A stretch of DNA of 64,000 bases from Sphagnum compactum. Its lineage: Eukaryota. Below, one piece after another: positions 38,842-52,900 of the stretch. The notes under the pieces are model-generated. The model had not been told where the DNA came from. It saw only the letters and a list, made by a program, of their open reading frames with translations, and searched no databases. The number at the start of each line of letters is the position of its first letter. Position 1 is the first letter of the stretch. Location: the NCBI GenBank assembly GCA_965153455.1, contig OZ234493.1, positions 13,010,213 to 13,074,212 on the forward strand, in the 5' to 3' direction. Both the position numbers and the translations under genes were made by a program.

Positions 38842-39666
38842 ACCTTGGCTCCTAGTTTTGGAATGACTTGATGTAGTGTAGAACGAATAGCAATTGTGTC
38901 AACTTCATTGGTTTTTTCCGCTTGCAATAAATGGATGCCAATTCTACAATTGAATAGCCTAGAGTATGTAGTACACAACCATGAAGCTATCACAACATTA
39001 AAACTCACGATTTCCATTTCAATGCATCCATTACACAATCCTAAAATTGTATTGCAAATACATTGCAAAATACATCATCTATGTATTTCTAGTTCACAAA
39101 ACATTGTATTGTGAACTCTACATATACATATCATAAATACATAGTATATGTAATCGAATTCCAAATAGAATGTACATATTGTAAATGCATCGTATGTGTA
39201 CTCTTCTAATACTTGCAAATACCAGCATTGGGTATCTAGATAAGTGCACAGATCTACACACACACACACACACAAACCCCAAAAAAAAACAAATCTGAAT
39301 TTTTTTTCTACAAATCCAGAACTGAACTACACTTGCAGCATTGTAGAGAACAATGGGTATTTTGAAAAAAATTGTTTTTGTTTTTCAAGATGCTTGTTGT
39401 TGCATGGCCAGGCGATGGATATTATTATATGGATCGAATGTGGAGAGATGGACATATATTGTGTTTTTGTGTCTTCTTGCCAAGCACCGGCGAAATTGAG
39501 CGATCCGGGTCTCTTCACAGGAACAAATCCCAACAAGTGTTGGTAAAACTCGATAGATGCATCAAGGTCTTTGCAATTGCGTGAGATGTGGTGGTTCAGC
39601 GATTTCAAGGGAAGTGTAGCAGCAGCACTAGCACTAGTAACTACTAGTCCTAGCAGCAGTCGTCAT
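38842..39666 (-). pseudogene. Truncated pseudogene copy of the VOC/glyoxalase-I-like gene
   Basis: Exon 1 is nearly identical to 49986-49805 but has a +1 frameshift (AGT TAC TAG), an extra His codon and its donor changed from GT to GC. Exon 2 (LFNCRIGIHLLQAE..IPKLGA) stops at (TTTAGGG)3. Exon 3 is absent. Confidence 0.92.
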
Positions 39667-40975
39667 GGAGCTGGCAGCTGGTTGCAGCCATGGATGAGTG
39701 AGTGGGTGGGTGGGTGGGTGCGTGGTGCAGCTGGAATATTTCAACTCCTCCTCGCAAGAAACAAACAAACAGCAACAACAAAAAGAAACAGTTCTCGTAA
39801 ACAAATAACTTTAGGAAATGTCCCCGAATTAAAGGAAGGCTATATTGCAGCGGTTCTCTTAGGTACTGTAAATTCTCAGCGCTCCCACTCACCACCTGCG
39901 AGCAAATATTTTGCAGGAAGAAATTGAAGAAGAACAACAACAAGGCAGCAGCTTTAATGCTGCAAGCGGGGGCCCCACCCACGGGCACCAGCTGCAACTT
40001 CAGACTTTTATATTAACTCGCTAAATATATATATAGACCTGACACGGATCTGGAAAAATCATACTAGAGGTTATATAATAGGATAAGCTACTGCCATTTG
40101 CAAGGCAGTGACGTTTTTGATCTTTCATAACATCATGAATGCCTTTTCCTCTGGAATGAAAATTTCTTGCCCAAGATGATCTTCTTCTTCAAGTTCTCTT
40201 TCTTCTTTTTGTCTTCTTTTTTTGGGTTTGCGTGCGTTGAGTACTATGCGTGAACAACAAGATCACATGCACAAGGACGCGCCCTTCGACTCAGTCTCGC
40301 TCGCTGGCTCGCTGGGACGCAGCGCGTTGAGCCAGGCAGCACAGAAAACACATGCGCCAGAAGTGGGATGAGACTTGGGGGAAGGGAAGGGGAGGGGGGA
40401 CCCTCAAAACCCTAACCCTAACCCTAACGGGACGAGGAGGGGACTAAACCAAGAGAATTGGATGATACTTTTGGATGAGAACAGGTGACCACTGGTGCAT
40501 TACATCCAATGGAAACCTAAATTTAACCTAATTTATGGGTCCCTTAGGATATGATTGGCCCAGTTGTGCCTCAAATTTTGGATGACACTATCTAAACAGG
40601 TGCAACCAGTGTTTTTTTTTTTTTGGGTCAATTTTGTGTTTAGCCAAAGTGGTGTTGACCCACAAGAAGATTTAGCCAAATTATTAAACTAAAATTTTAA
40701 TTTAAGCATCTTTCTATTATTTTTGGCTACCTACTAGAACCATGCGTATAGAAATCTGATGATTTTACTTAAATTTTGGTCAAATTTCTGGTTATTCAAA
40801 AATATCAAAAAGCACATTATTTTAACAATTTCAATATTTTAAAATTCGAAATTCAAATTTTTAATCTCAAAACTCAAATTTTTCTTTCTTCAAATCTGAA
40901 ATATTTCAATTTTCTAGAAGAAGTGTGTAAGAGTGGATGATGATCGTAAGGAAGTGGCATAATGGATGAACCTTG
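38842..40975. repeat. Local segmental duplication, paralogous to about 49335-51320
   Basis: Shared exons, intron 1 and upstream blocks, e.g. GACTAAACCAAGAGAATTGGATGATA and TAAGAGTGGATGATGATC..AGTGGCATAATGGATGAACCT. Confidence 0.9.
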
Positions 40976-42574
40976 TAGGGAAGTTGGAAAAGTCACCCTC
41001 GTTGGAAATTAAAGCCCCGGGCCAATGGATGATGGTAACTAGATAATTAATGGGTTACTAAACCTGAAGAAGTGAAGACCTAAAGAATTTAGACAATGGG
41101 ATGGATTCCCATCTTTAGAGAAGAGGAACATTGGATGAACCTCAAGCAATGGAATTACCAAAAAGTATGGACAATGGATGAAAATGAAAGTTAGTAGTTG
41201 AGAAAATGGATCTTTTTTCAATTTTCATGGGTTCATCCATTGTCCAACACTTGTGAAATTCAAGGATTGATCATAAACCAATGCAACATATCTATTACTA
41301 AGTCATTAAAATTCATCTGATAATTTTAGGCATAACTAAAGGAATTTATCATAAATTGAAATAATTTTTATTTTTTTTTTTTGACGAAAACTTTGTGTGT
41401 TTGGCACTAGGGTTTAAAAAAATAAAATTGGGAAAATTTTCAAAATTTAACAAATTTAATCAAATTTACCCTAGGAAAACAAAATCTCTTAGGAATTTTC
41501 CAATTTTGTTGTTGAAATGCACTTGTCATTATCTTCACCTTTTGCAATAAGGTGGAAATTGATTTGTGTAAGATTCAAGCTATGAATTAACTTTTGATTT
41601 GAAGTGCATTTGATTCAAAGTTACATGAATTTGAATTAATGATGATGGAATAAATGTGTTGCGTTAGTGTTATTAATAATTTTTCATGCATCACAAACTT
41701 ACCATCCCATGATTTGGTAATGGAAATTGTGCAAAAGTTGTTCTTTCATGGGTTTGCACATTTTGCACACAAATGTTAGATGTTATGTGTTTAAAACACA
41801 AATGATGCATGTATAAATAGGATGAAATATTTTCATATACATGTTCCATAAGTTGTTGTTTTGATATTTTCAAATTGGAATCTTCACATAAATATTTCAA
41901 GTCAGAATCATCCAAGAAAATTACAAAAAAATTAGAATATATCACTTAAGCAAATAATTAATGTCAAATTCAATTTATTTATTTTGATTCCTATTAAGGA
42001 TGTAAATCTGAATTTGTTTGAAAAATAGAGAAATCACTCATATTACGGGGATAAAATATGTTAAATGACTCAAATATATAGTGATTGCAACATTGATGTT
42101 GGAACCTTAGCATTGAAAGAGCAAAAACCTTTGTGAACAATTTAAACTTTTAAAAGCTTTTGCAATTGATGATGTTATGCAAATTTAAATATGCCATATG
42201 CTTGTTTTTGGCTAGGTGTACATTTAAATGAATACATGTATCCATCAACAATGTAAACATTGAACCATTTAGCTCCAATTCCTCTTATACACATAATATC
42301 CAATAAAAACCTTCTCACATGAATGCACAATCGAATGTTGTACTAATAAGAAGGGTTCAAACCCATTGATGAATTGAAAACAATTTGGAATGCCTCCAAA
42401 ATGCAAACTTCTTGATATCATAGTTCACTAAGTTATTATGGTGAAATAAGGTAAATGCCAATGTGAATATGCAATTATGAAAGGTAAATCAAGGGACAAA
42501 GGGCACAATGTCGAGTTTGGTAATTTGTTACTTGGTTGATTGAAATTTGCAAAGGTGATAATTTCATTTTGGCA

Positions 42575-42705
42575 CAATGGACAAACAATGTGCTTTGATG
42601 TCGGTAGTATAGTTTGCAAAGATGAAGGCATCTATGAGTTTACTGGACAAACAATGTGCTTTGATGTCAATAGTATAGTCTACAAAGATGAAGGCATCTA
42701 TGAGC
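42575..42705. repeat. ~66-bp tandem duplication
   Basis: TGGACAAACAATGTGCTTTGATGTC..TAGTATAGT...CAAAGATGAAGGCATCTATGAG occurs twice. Confidence 0.85.
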
Positions 42706-42978
42706 TTGTAGCATTTTCATATATTGTCATTCCCTTTAGATTAAAATGGGTGTTTTAGGATTGCATGCCTTTAGAAATTTTCTCATTTCCAAAACTATGT
42801 AGGGAGTAAAAAAACACACAAATGTAAGGTTTTTATGTTGTAAATGTTGGAATCATTATGCCATTAACTATTCAAAGCATTATATAGATCAACCATTGGC
42901 TTCCATTCATAACATTAGCCGTGATCATAAATCATTCAATTATTAAAACATTTAAATCACATGAAAGTTGAAACAAAC

Positions 42979-43899
42979 TAATGCAACCCCAAACTCCTTG
43001 ATAGACTCAACTATGAGTCCAAAGGTGAAAATAGCGGAAGGATAAGGAGTTGAGGTATGTTCCCTGGTTTGCAGCACATCGGGGGTAAAGGGGCGTGCTG
43101 GAGTTCTAGGATGGGGACTAGGACAAATGACAAGCAGGTCAATTATTCACACAGACCTGCACAAACCAAACAACAAGTTGATTAGTGTGTTGTTGGAGCA
43201 CTTTTGGGACACGGATGAGCCATGGGCAAACACAAATTCACAAGACTCACCACGGCCTGGATTTGGGGGAAGCCATCACCTTCCCCCTTATAGTATTCTT
43301 TGTGCCTGGCCATGGGGCTTGCGCCCAAATGTCATTTTGTCCCGAGACTCCCAAGTTGGGAGTCCTGAAATTTTCGAAATTGGGTCTCTTGCGACTTTGG
43401 AGGCCCATAACTTTTTGTGCAAACCTCTAATTGAGGTGAGGTCTGAAGCAAAGTTGTAGCCCTCATCCATAATTTTTCAACAATATGTGTTATGTCATTT
43501 GCACGCAAGTAAATGAGGGCGATTCCCGACTTCTAGTGGTCAGAAGTCAAATTGGTAGTTTGATTCTCGACCCTTATTTTGGCCATAACTTCTTATGTTT
43601 TAAGTACCCAAATGGGTCATGCGATCCCATTTTAAACATTTACGTTTTAAAACTTTCCAGTGGTATAAGGAATTCTTCAATCCAATGAGTTTTGACCCCT
43701 GAAATCGCCCTTTGAATATTCTGGAGTCCATCGGGAGTCCATCTTCCAAAGTGGAAACCCACTTGGGAGTGTGTGGGTTCATTCCTTCACACTTTCCTAT
43801 AATCCTGGGAGCATGAAATGTGATTCCTGGGCTTCACTCTTGGCTCACACCTTTGCAAGCCCTTACTTTGGTCGCAAGCCCAAGGCTAGGGTTGCGACA
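42979..43899. mobile_element. Solo LTR (921 bp)
   Basis: More GC-rich block in AT-rich DNA. Ends are TA(TG-derived)ATGC...GTTGCGACA, flanked by a perfect 5-bp TSD CAAAC (42974-42978 and 43900-43904). Confidence 0.85.
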
Positions 43900-46245
43900 C
43901 AAACTGACATCCACTTCAAAATACCAATAAAACACATGTCACATTTGGTGTTAAATGGAAGTTAAATTGATGTTAAGGAATACAAGGTTGGTCATTGGTT
44001 TGCGCAAATTTTATTTAGAATGGTTCTTTGCTTATTAATCAAACAATATGAATTGTATTTTCCATAGTACTTACAGTGCATACATTCTATTATTTTAGTC
44101 CATTAAAGTTTTATTATAGATTGCATTGCTATAATGTTTCATTGTTTCACAAATTTTAACGATTTTAATTTAGAAAAATAAATAGTCTCAAAGTACACTC
44201 ACTATTTCTTCATCAACATTCTATTGTTATTTTTTCTCAAAATTGAACATATCAAACATCTGTAGTATGAAGTGTAGAAATGAAAAATAGAAAAATTTGT
44301 GGTTTTCAACCCAACATAATTCTAAATTACATATTGTGTTTCTATTCGATTTTCCAGTAACTCTCTAAGTTTGTCTTTTTGTAACAACAATCATCCTCAC
44401 CTTCATCACAATCAAGATTTAAATCTAAATTCTTTTCCCTCCAGAAGTAATTTGAAATTCAAAACTAAACAAATATTTTAATCCTATCTTGTTGAATCGT
44501 TGTTATTCATTAGATAACAATCACCAATTCACACCAATAATGTTACATAACACTAAAACCTAGGTGTCATCTAATGTGGCACTAAGTGTTATTTTAGTGT
44601 TAAGGTAATGGTAAGTTGGTGGTAGGCTACCACCTAATCTTCAAAAAACCTAGATTTGATTTAAAAGTTAATGCTTCATAGCACCCCTTAAAATGGTCCT
44701 TTAACTCATTATTTGGTACCCCCTTTCCCCCCAATGTTCCCTATGAAGTTTTTTGGAATATATGTTCCTAATAATAAGGGATTAAAAAATTTAATTATTT
44801 AACCTTGAGTTTCTTTAAGCTTGATTGAACTTAGATTATGAAATATAGGTTAAGACTATGATGTCCATGGGATGATGTAAAATGTGCAACCCAATTCTAA
44901 AAGTTTAAAATACTTTGGAAAATTTGAGTTTTTCATGGATCAAAATAAAATTGATTATTAAAAAACCCAAGATTTTTTTTTTAACTTGATAAATAAACGA
45001 TGTTAAAAAAATTTAATTTTGGATGGAATATTCCTTTGCCTTTAAAGTAAAGGTCAAGAAGCAAAATTGGTAGTAAATGCCAATTTTGCCTTTCGAACAA
45101 GGTATTCAAGATCACGAATAAATATCCTCCACTTTTTAAGGCAAGTTGGATTAGGTAATATCACCTATGAACCTATGAGAATTTCTTGATTAACACATGA
45201 TTCCATGTGTGAATCATGATTGTTAGAGGCAAATAACTTTTAATTTTTATGTAAGAAACCCTAACACTATGTCATTGTATGAATGCCTTGGTGCTATTTA
45301 ACATTAACATAGGTTGATAATTATAGAAATGTCATGTGACATTTTATTAACAACCATATAAATATTAGGATGCTTCCAACTAAAATAAACCTTATATTTG
45401 GATTTAAAAACTAGTGTCCCCTCACCCCCTCCCCAAGGGTGATATGTTTATAACATACATATGAAGATAACTATATAGTGTCATGTGACGTTTTATTGAT
45501 ACTAGTTAGGTGTTAGAACTCCCATCACTAGAGGTCCTAACACTAAGTGTGAAGCCATCTTAAGTGAAAGAACTATCATTTATAAAAGGCATCAACCAAT
45601 GTATTACAATGTCATGAGCTTTCCCCAAGGATTATACATTGCTTAATGAAATTTGTATCAGCCTCCATACTATTATGAGATCTCCACCAATCTCCACCAT
45701 CTGCAATTTCCAATGGAATTATTTAGTTTTGGGTGATCCATTATTTCAAAAGTGATGGAGTGATGAGTGAAATTTGCCCATTATTTCATCACAAAAATGA
45801 ATGAGAAAAAAGGAACCCTAATAGTGATACTCTAGAGTGTATTATATTGTTTTTAAAAATGGTGTCTAGCAATTTATGTTTTATTTCAAAGTTATTGGAT
45901 TTGCAAAGCTCAACCGGGTCTTTTAAATGCAGACACAACCATCCCCTTTGCAATTGACAATGATATTGTAAATGGATAAAAGCTGAGTGAGCCAAAGACA
46001 TAAAATTTCCATGGAAATAAGCTTCATAATATTGATTTCCCTTATTTAATCTTTCCATAAACAATTCCCATCTACAAGTAAATCTTTAAAGATAACCAAA
46101 TTTCATATCATTAGAAGAATGGATTATTTTTTAAATAACTGAATTAAAAAATTATTTAAATAACTACCTTTTGAACCCCCATTTACATTTAGTGGGTGAC
46201 ACTCAAGAAGTTTAGCCAGCAGCAGAGAATATTCCACGCCACTCA

Positions 46246-46631
46246 GAGCATCTCCAGCTGTGCTCCGTATGTATGTGATCTCCTGCACAGTCAAATTGGA
46301 TGAAGAAAAGTCAAAACATGCTGGTTTGGCTCAACAACATAGTTGCAAACTTTGCTGTGGCTGGTCAAATGCGCAACAACAGTGTGCACGTGCGCAACAA
46401 CAGTGTGCAAAAGTTGTTACTAAATGTGATCTGACTGCTGCACAGTATTTCTGATTGGTCGATCATAATGATTGGTCCAGCTGGTTCGCTATCACCAGTC
46501 CCCCACTTATTTGCTGTCCGAGTCTCAGTTTTATGTGTGGGGTTGCAAAAAAGTAAAATAACTAAAACTTGGGTGTGAGAAATATTATTTTTGCAGGGTT
46601 GCATACCAAGCAAGCACTGCTGGAGATGCTC
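46246..46631. mobile_element. Tourist-like (PIF/Harbinger) MITE, 386 bp
   Basis: TIRs GAGCATCTCCAGC / GCTGGAGATGCTC with a 3-bp TSD TCA on both sides. Confidence 0.92.
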
Positions 46632-48414
46632 TCACAACTCACTCACTATATACTCCACTCACAATTTGTGCACTGGGGAAAAAAAACAAAATTTTCTACT
46701 ACACATTCCCCCAATTGCTGAAATAATTTTTCGTGAGATAGCCAACATAGGAAAAGTTAAAAGTAGAACCATCAAAAGTAAAAGGGTGTAAGATTTTGCT
46801 GATTTTGAATTCTTCTAAAAACAAATTCCACAAATTCAAGCATTATTAAAAAAACCATAAATATATGTAATGGATTCATAACGAAGTCCTTGTGTAGGTG
46901 TACATCAATAGTTTTATTTTTTAAATTATCCTATTTTGTAAAAAAATATATTTTCATCAATTTTTTAAAATCCACTTTACTTTTTTTATACTGCTAAGGA
47001 CAACACCTAGTTCATTTTGCATCTTCAATAAAAGAAGATTTAACTTAAAGAGATCATAATTGTTAACATTATCATAACATAATGTATTATCCATCATTTG
47101 CATATCATATAATTTGAATTCCATGGCTTGAGACATTTATTGAGAGATTTGATGGAGAAGTGGTTATTCATTTATGTGCGCAAAATTTCATTGGAAGTTT
47201 TTTTATGAGATTTAGTTCTTCTTAATCCATTGTTATAATTATTGTTATTTGACAACATCTTACAACTTGAAAATATATTTCAATTGAGAATTGAATAATT
47301 AATAAATGCACCAATTTCATAACATAATGATAAATTAAGATTGAACCACCTTTAAATTGCACAGTTTCACCACTAAATCTTTTCTATATATGTAGCAAGC
47401 CACATCAAATCTCTATTCCAACTATGAAAATTTGTCACCTTATGATAACTTTTTATGTACATTGCATTGTGAATTTACTCAAAGATGATTAGTTAGCAAT
47501 TCAAAAGTTGTATGTTGTTCTTTGTGGTTGTGGCCTAGTATGTGGTGTAGAGGAAATAAGTTAGCAAGAGAATTGATATGCCCAAGAGGAAACCCATTAA
47601 CTAAAAATAATATTTTTGTGGCACATATGTTACAATCATTATCATAACCATTGGAAAACTATAAACAAAATTATGTGTGTAAAAAAAATGTTGTTTTGAT
47701 ATGAGAAGTATGTTCAACCTTTTGCATATATGCAGGAGGAATTAGATTATAAGTAGTTTGATTTGGAATTACGGTGACAATAGTAAAGTTATGCTTAGAT
47801 GTTTTGTATCTCACTTGGCATGTGCATTAGTAGCTTTGCCACCTACTTAGGATTTGCTATGGTTTACAATTGTTGGGCCCTCTAATTGGACTAAACATCA
47901 TTGAGATTCTTGGGGCAATCTATACATTGCTCAATCATGTAAAGGATTGAATGGTTTTGGCAATCGATCTATTACTTTGATGCATATGTGATTTGTTTGC
48001 AAACCTTATTTCAATGTGTTAGAATCTAATTATCGGGTATCTATATATAAAGTGAGGTCATGTGATGTCCCGTATATTCAATAAGTCATTGTAGATAAAA
48101 AAACATGTGACCTCATGTTAAACAAATTTGGTTTTATAAAAATGCCAACACTTTGTTTAATGATTTCATCATTTAAAACCCTAAACCCTAAACCTCAACT
48201 TCCCCAAGGAACATCTCCTCTTTTCTTTCTTTCTTTCTTTTTTTGGGGGTTAATTTATAACTTCTAAAAGGCACTATTTTAACCCAAAAGTGTCATGTTC
48301 TAGCAAGGCTATTCTAACAAACATGAACCAACACTATTCTAGACCTACCCATTGTTTTCACCTTTCAATTAACCTTGGTTGGCATTTGTTGTTGGCCAAC
48401 TTCCTCAATTCAAA

Positions 48415-49986
48415 TCAGATCCACAAATACTTGAGGGAAACCCACCAATGTGCAAAACTACTTTTGTAATTGTCAAGCTTTTGCAAGAAATGGACGTTGG
48501 TTGAGATGAGGGATGATAGTGATGGAGCTACCACCACCCGTTGTTTTTCCATTGTTGCAGTTTTGATGAGGCGAGGAGTTGGGATGATGATAGGTTCTAC
48601 GGGCAAATTCTCACAATTGCAAACTTCAATCATATGTCCATCCGGGTCATGGAAGAAGAGCTGATCAACCTCGATGTTGTCCTCCACAACAACGCGTCTT
48701 ACATATTTCACACCATTCTCTTGGAGTTTTTGCTCCACCAACAACATATCATCACACTACACAAATGCCCACCATGACATCTCTTGCAATAAGAAAACAA
48801 AGCAAAAAGTTGGCAAATATCATGATATTGTGGATAAACTAATTAACATGTCAATTAATTATATCCTTGGATTGTATAAACTAGTTGTTGGGTGCATTCC
48901 AAAGTCCAGTTTTTCAATTGCCGTTTCGATTCACTTAGTTGTTGGGTGCATCACAAAGTTCAGTTTTTCAATTGCCATTTTGATCTGCTTAGTTGTTGGA
49001 TGCATCCCAAAAGTCAGTTTTTGAATTGCCATTTTGATTCGCTTGGTTGTTGGGTGCATCCCAAACTTCAGTTTTTCAATTGCCATTTTGATCCGCTTAG
49101 TTGTTGGGCACATCCCAAAGTTCAGTTTTTCAATTGCCATTTTGATTCCCTTAGTTGTTGGGTGCATCCCAAACTTCAGTTTTTGAATTGCCATTTTGAT
49201 TTGCTCATCACACCGAAAAAAACATTTCAGAGAAAAATGAAGAAAAAAATGAAAGTTTTTATCTACACAAAGCTCTCAGAAGTAGTAGTTCTTTCTTAAT
49301 ACCTGGAATGAGATGTGATTGTCCCTTGGGTTTATGTCAGCTCCTGGTTTTGGAATGAGCTGATCTAGTGCAGAATGAGCAGCAGCAGCTGATGCATCAA
49401 CAACAACTTCATTGCAAGTTTCTTCTTCTGCTTGCAGCAAATGGATGCCGATTCCGTAATTGAATAGCCTGCAGTAGCAACAGCAAAAGCAATCAGGAAG
49501 CAAAGCCATCACAAGATATTAGAATGCATAATTTGCATTTCATCACATCCATTACACAGTAACCCAAAAAACAAAACAAACAAACAGGAAAAACAAAATT
49601 TAAATCTGGAATTATTTCTTTCTCCAAATCCAGTATTGAATTACACTTGCAGCATTGTAGAAAACAATGGGTACTTTTTCAAAAATTGTTTTCGTTTTTC
49701 AAGAGGTTTGGTTGTTGCATGGCCAGGCAGCGATGGATAGATATTATATGGATCGAATATGGAAAGGAAAAATGCAATAACATTGTGTTTTTGTGTCTCC
49801 TTACCAAGCACCGGCGAAATTGAGCGATCCGGGTCTCTTCACAGGAACAAATCCCAGCAAGTGTTGGTAAAACTCGATAGATGCCTCAAGGTCTTTGCAA
49901 TTGCGTGAGATGTGGTTCAGCGATTTCAAGGGAAGTGTAGCAACAGCACTAGCACTAGCACTACTAGTCCTTGCATCAGTCGTCAT
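48415..49986 (-). CDS. VOC-superfamily / glyoxalase I-like (lactoylglutathione lyase family) protein
   Basis: Exons 49986-49805, 49468-49303 and 48756-48415 with GT-AG introns give LKSLNHISRNC..FYQHLLGFVPVKRPGSLNFAGAW|LFNYGIGIHLLQ..INPRDNHISFQ|CDDM..VDQLFFHDPDGHMIEVCNCENLP. Confidence 0.94.
48882..49202. repeat. 54-bp minisatellite (about 6 units) in intron 2 of the VOC gene
   Basis: Unit TAGTTGTTGGGTGCATCCCAAAGTTCAGTTTTTCAATTGCCATTTTGATTCGCT starts at 48882, 48936, 48990, 49044, 49098 and 49152. Confidence 0.96.
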
Positions 49987-52900
49987 GGAGCTGGCAGCTG
50001 GGGTTTGTAGAATGCAGACAAACCCAACTTGTAAAGAATGAAAGGAAAGGAAATCTGCCGACTTTGTAAAGCTATATTGAGCTGAGAGATCAGGTATCTG
50101 AAAATTCTCAGGGATCCCACACTCAAGTATACCTAGCAACAAATATTTTGCAGGAGGAGGAAGAGGAGGAAGAGGAAGAAGAAATTTTATGAACTGGAAG
50201 AAGAAGAAGAAGAAGAAGAAGGCAGCTTCGCTGTGCAAACGATCAGGTGATCTCCTCCACCCACACCCAAGTAAGTAACTTCAGACTTGTGCTCGCTAGA
50301 TAGCTCTGAAAGAGATCTGGAAAACACTACGTATTATATAGCATAAGCTGCTGCTGCCTATCTTCTAAGGCAGCAACTTGGATCTTTCTTTATGCATCAT
50401 GCCTTTTTTCTGGAATCAAAATTTCTTGCCCGACATGCTTTCCTCCTCCTCCTCCTTCCCCTTCTGTGTGTTTTGTTTTTTGTTTTTGTTTTGATTCTTT
50501 TTTTGGGGTGTTAAATACATTACGCGTGCACATCAACAAGAGCAAAGTTGACTGGTTTTTAGTCGGTCCTAGAACTTTTCTGCATACCAACAAAGACTAC
50601 CAAAAAAACTCAAAAAGACTGACGAGAGATTGAAGACGCTTAGCGAGCGCGCAAGCGCTCTGAGCCAGGCGGCACACAAAACGTGTTGCGCTCCAGAAAT
50701 GGATGAGACTTGCTTGGGGGAAGGGAAGGAGCCTGGAGGGGGGAAGGGAAGGAGCCTGGAGGGGGACTAAACCAAGAGAATTGGATGATAGTTTTGGATG
50801 AGAACAGGTGGAGTTGATGGATGTGGCGGTGCATTACAGCCAATGGTACCATTAAATTTTTTTAAAAAATTTAAAAGAAGAGAAGTGATGGATGGATGGA
50901 TGGATGGATAGGTCTGTGATGATTGACTTAGTTGTAAGTGCCTAGACTTTTTTGCCTAGCATCTAAAAAAAGGGATGAAACGAGTTAAATGCTTGGAATG
51001 CAGCTCAATCTTCAATGCAAAAGCATTAATATCCTTTTTTATTTTTTATTATTATTTAAAACACAAGTTTGGTTATACATGTGACCCACTAGTTATTGGT
51101 GGTGGTCCAATTTTATTTAAACCCTAGAAGATTGAGTTTTCATCCAATTTTTTTCTTTTAAAAATTGGGAAAAAATTCAATTTTCATCTCAAAAACCCAA
51201 ATTATATATATATTTTTTTCTTCTTTTAAAATCTCTCAAGTATTTTTCAAATTGCTAGAGGAAGCATAATAATAAGAGTGGATGATGATCCCAAAGGGAG
51301 TGGCATAATGGATGAACCTCCTCTTCTTCCTAAGCGAAGTTGTAAATGTGCTTGAAGGGTTTTTTCAGGTGTGTTGTTGAAAAGAAAGCTTGAAAGACAC
51401 TTCAAATAGCACATGTTATAATGACTACTACAAGAAGAAGAGTACTTTGTAGAAGCATGTTTTGAACAAAAATTTGTCCTCAAGGCTCACGCGTTTGAGA
51501 CTACATTTTCAATTGAAAATTTGGACTTGGACAAAAACAAACTTATATATATATATAGATATATATAATTCTATTTTTATTTTATTTATTTTTTAAATTT
51601 TTAAAAATGGCCTAAAATCCTCACCTAAAATTTCTTCTTGGGCAACAAAAAATTAAACAACCTCTAACCACACTATGTCCCAATCCAAACATCCAAACCA
51701 ATGTGGAAATCTTTGAAACCAACCCCACCTTCCAACTTTGTGGGTGTCATGAGGAACTCATCTTGGTGTCCTATTTTAGGCACCATTTTTAGTGGCAATT
51801 CTTCTTCTCCTTCTTCTTCTTCTTCTTTGTGTGCTAGTCCCGTGTATAGACCTATTTATATGACTTGGTATAACACGGGTATCAACATTGGTAGCAAGAG
51901 AATGGTTATGAGTTTTCATCCGTGGATAAGAGGGTTATGTATGTTTTTTTGTCCATCTACAAGAAGGTTATGAAGCTTTTCATCCACCGACATGAGGTTT
52001 ACATATATATATATATATATATATGTATATGTGGGGTGGTTTTCAAACCCTTAAACAAAAGGTTATGTGTGGTAACTAGCTCGAGGACACGCTAGTATGA
52101 GATAAATCGGAGGTGCTATTGGGAACGTCTTGAGGGAACAAGTTGGGAACTTGGGGACCCCTTTGGGGAACTCCATGGGAACAAAACGGTGGGACATAGG
52201 GTTTAGGGTTTAGTACAAGGTACCCACCACCACCACCACCCTGGGGCTCTCATTGGCCCAAAGACCATTCAATAACCCATTGGCTCCTTGGATGAAGATT
52301 TCATAACCACTTGCTCGGCGGCATGGATGAAAAGATGGGGATCTCACTTCTCCCTTATAGGGATAGATGATAAATAGTTTTGTCTATTTGGTGACCACCT
52401 TGAGGAGTAGTAACCTATGCACTCTTGTGGGTTACCTAGTCCATTTGGAGATGTAGTACACTTGATACCTAAACAAGCAAAATGGGTTTAGGGTTTATGG
52501 ATTGATGATATGTATGAACACCCTTGTTAGGTGAGAACCAACAAGGGGACCAAGTCAATTGAAGATTCATCACCGTTTATGCTATGCAAATAGACCATGG
52601 TAAAAATGAATTACCACTTTGCAGGAATGGTTTTTGTCTTGCCCACACAATGGAGCTCCACACATTCCATAATGCAAAAGTCATGTGCTACAATGGAATG
52701 AGGGACAATTTATCAAACATATACACATAGTTAACATGTGTATCTAGGGTTTAGGGTTTTAGGGTATGTTGTACATTGTGTGTCCTATGTACATATGCAT
52801 ACACGTTTTTTTGAAAAGAAAAAAGGGTGGGTCATTTCCCACCGAAAAGGGCTTCACATCTCTTGTCTAATCTATCATACACATTGATCTTGATTTTTGA

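Noticed and set aside
43127-43965. Cluster of 60-110 aa ORFs
   Set aside because: They lie within or overlap the solo LTR and show no protein motifs.
48674-49299. Repetitive ORFs of 87-135 aa on both strands
   Set aside because: Artefacts of the 54-bp intronic minisatellite.
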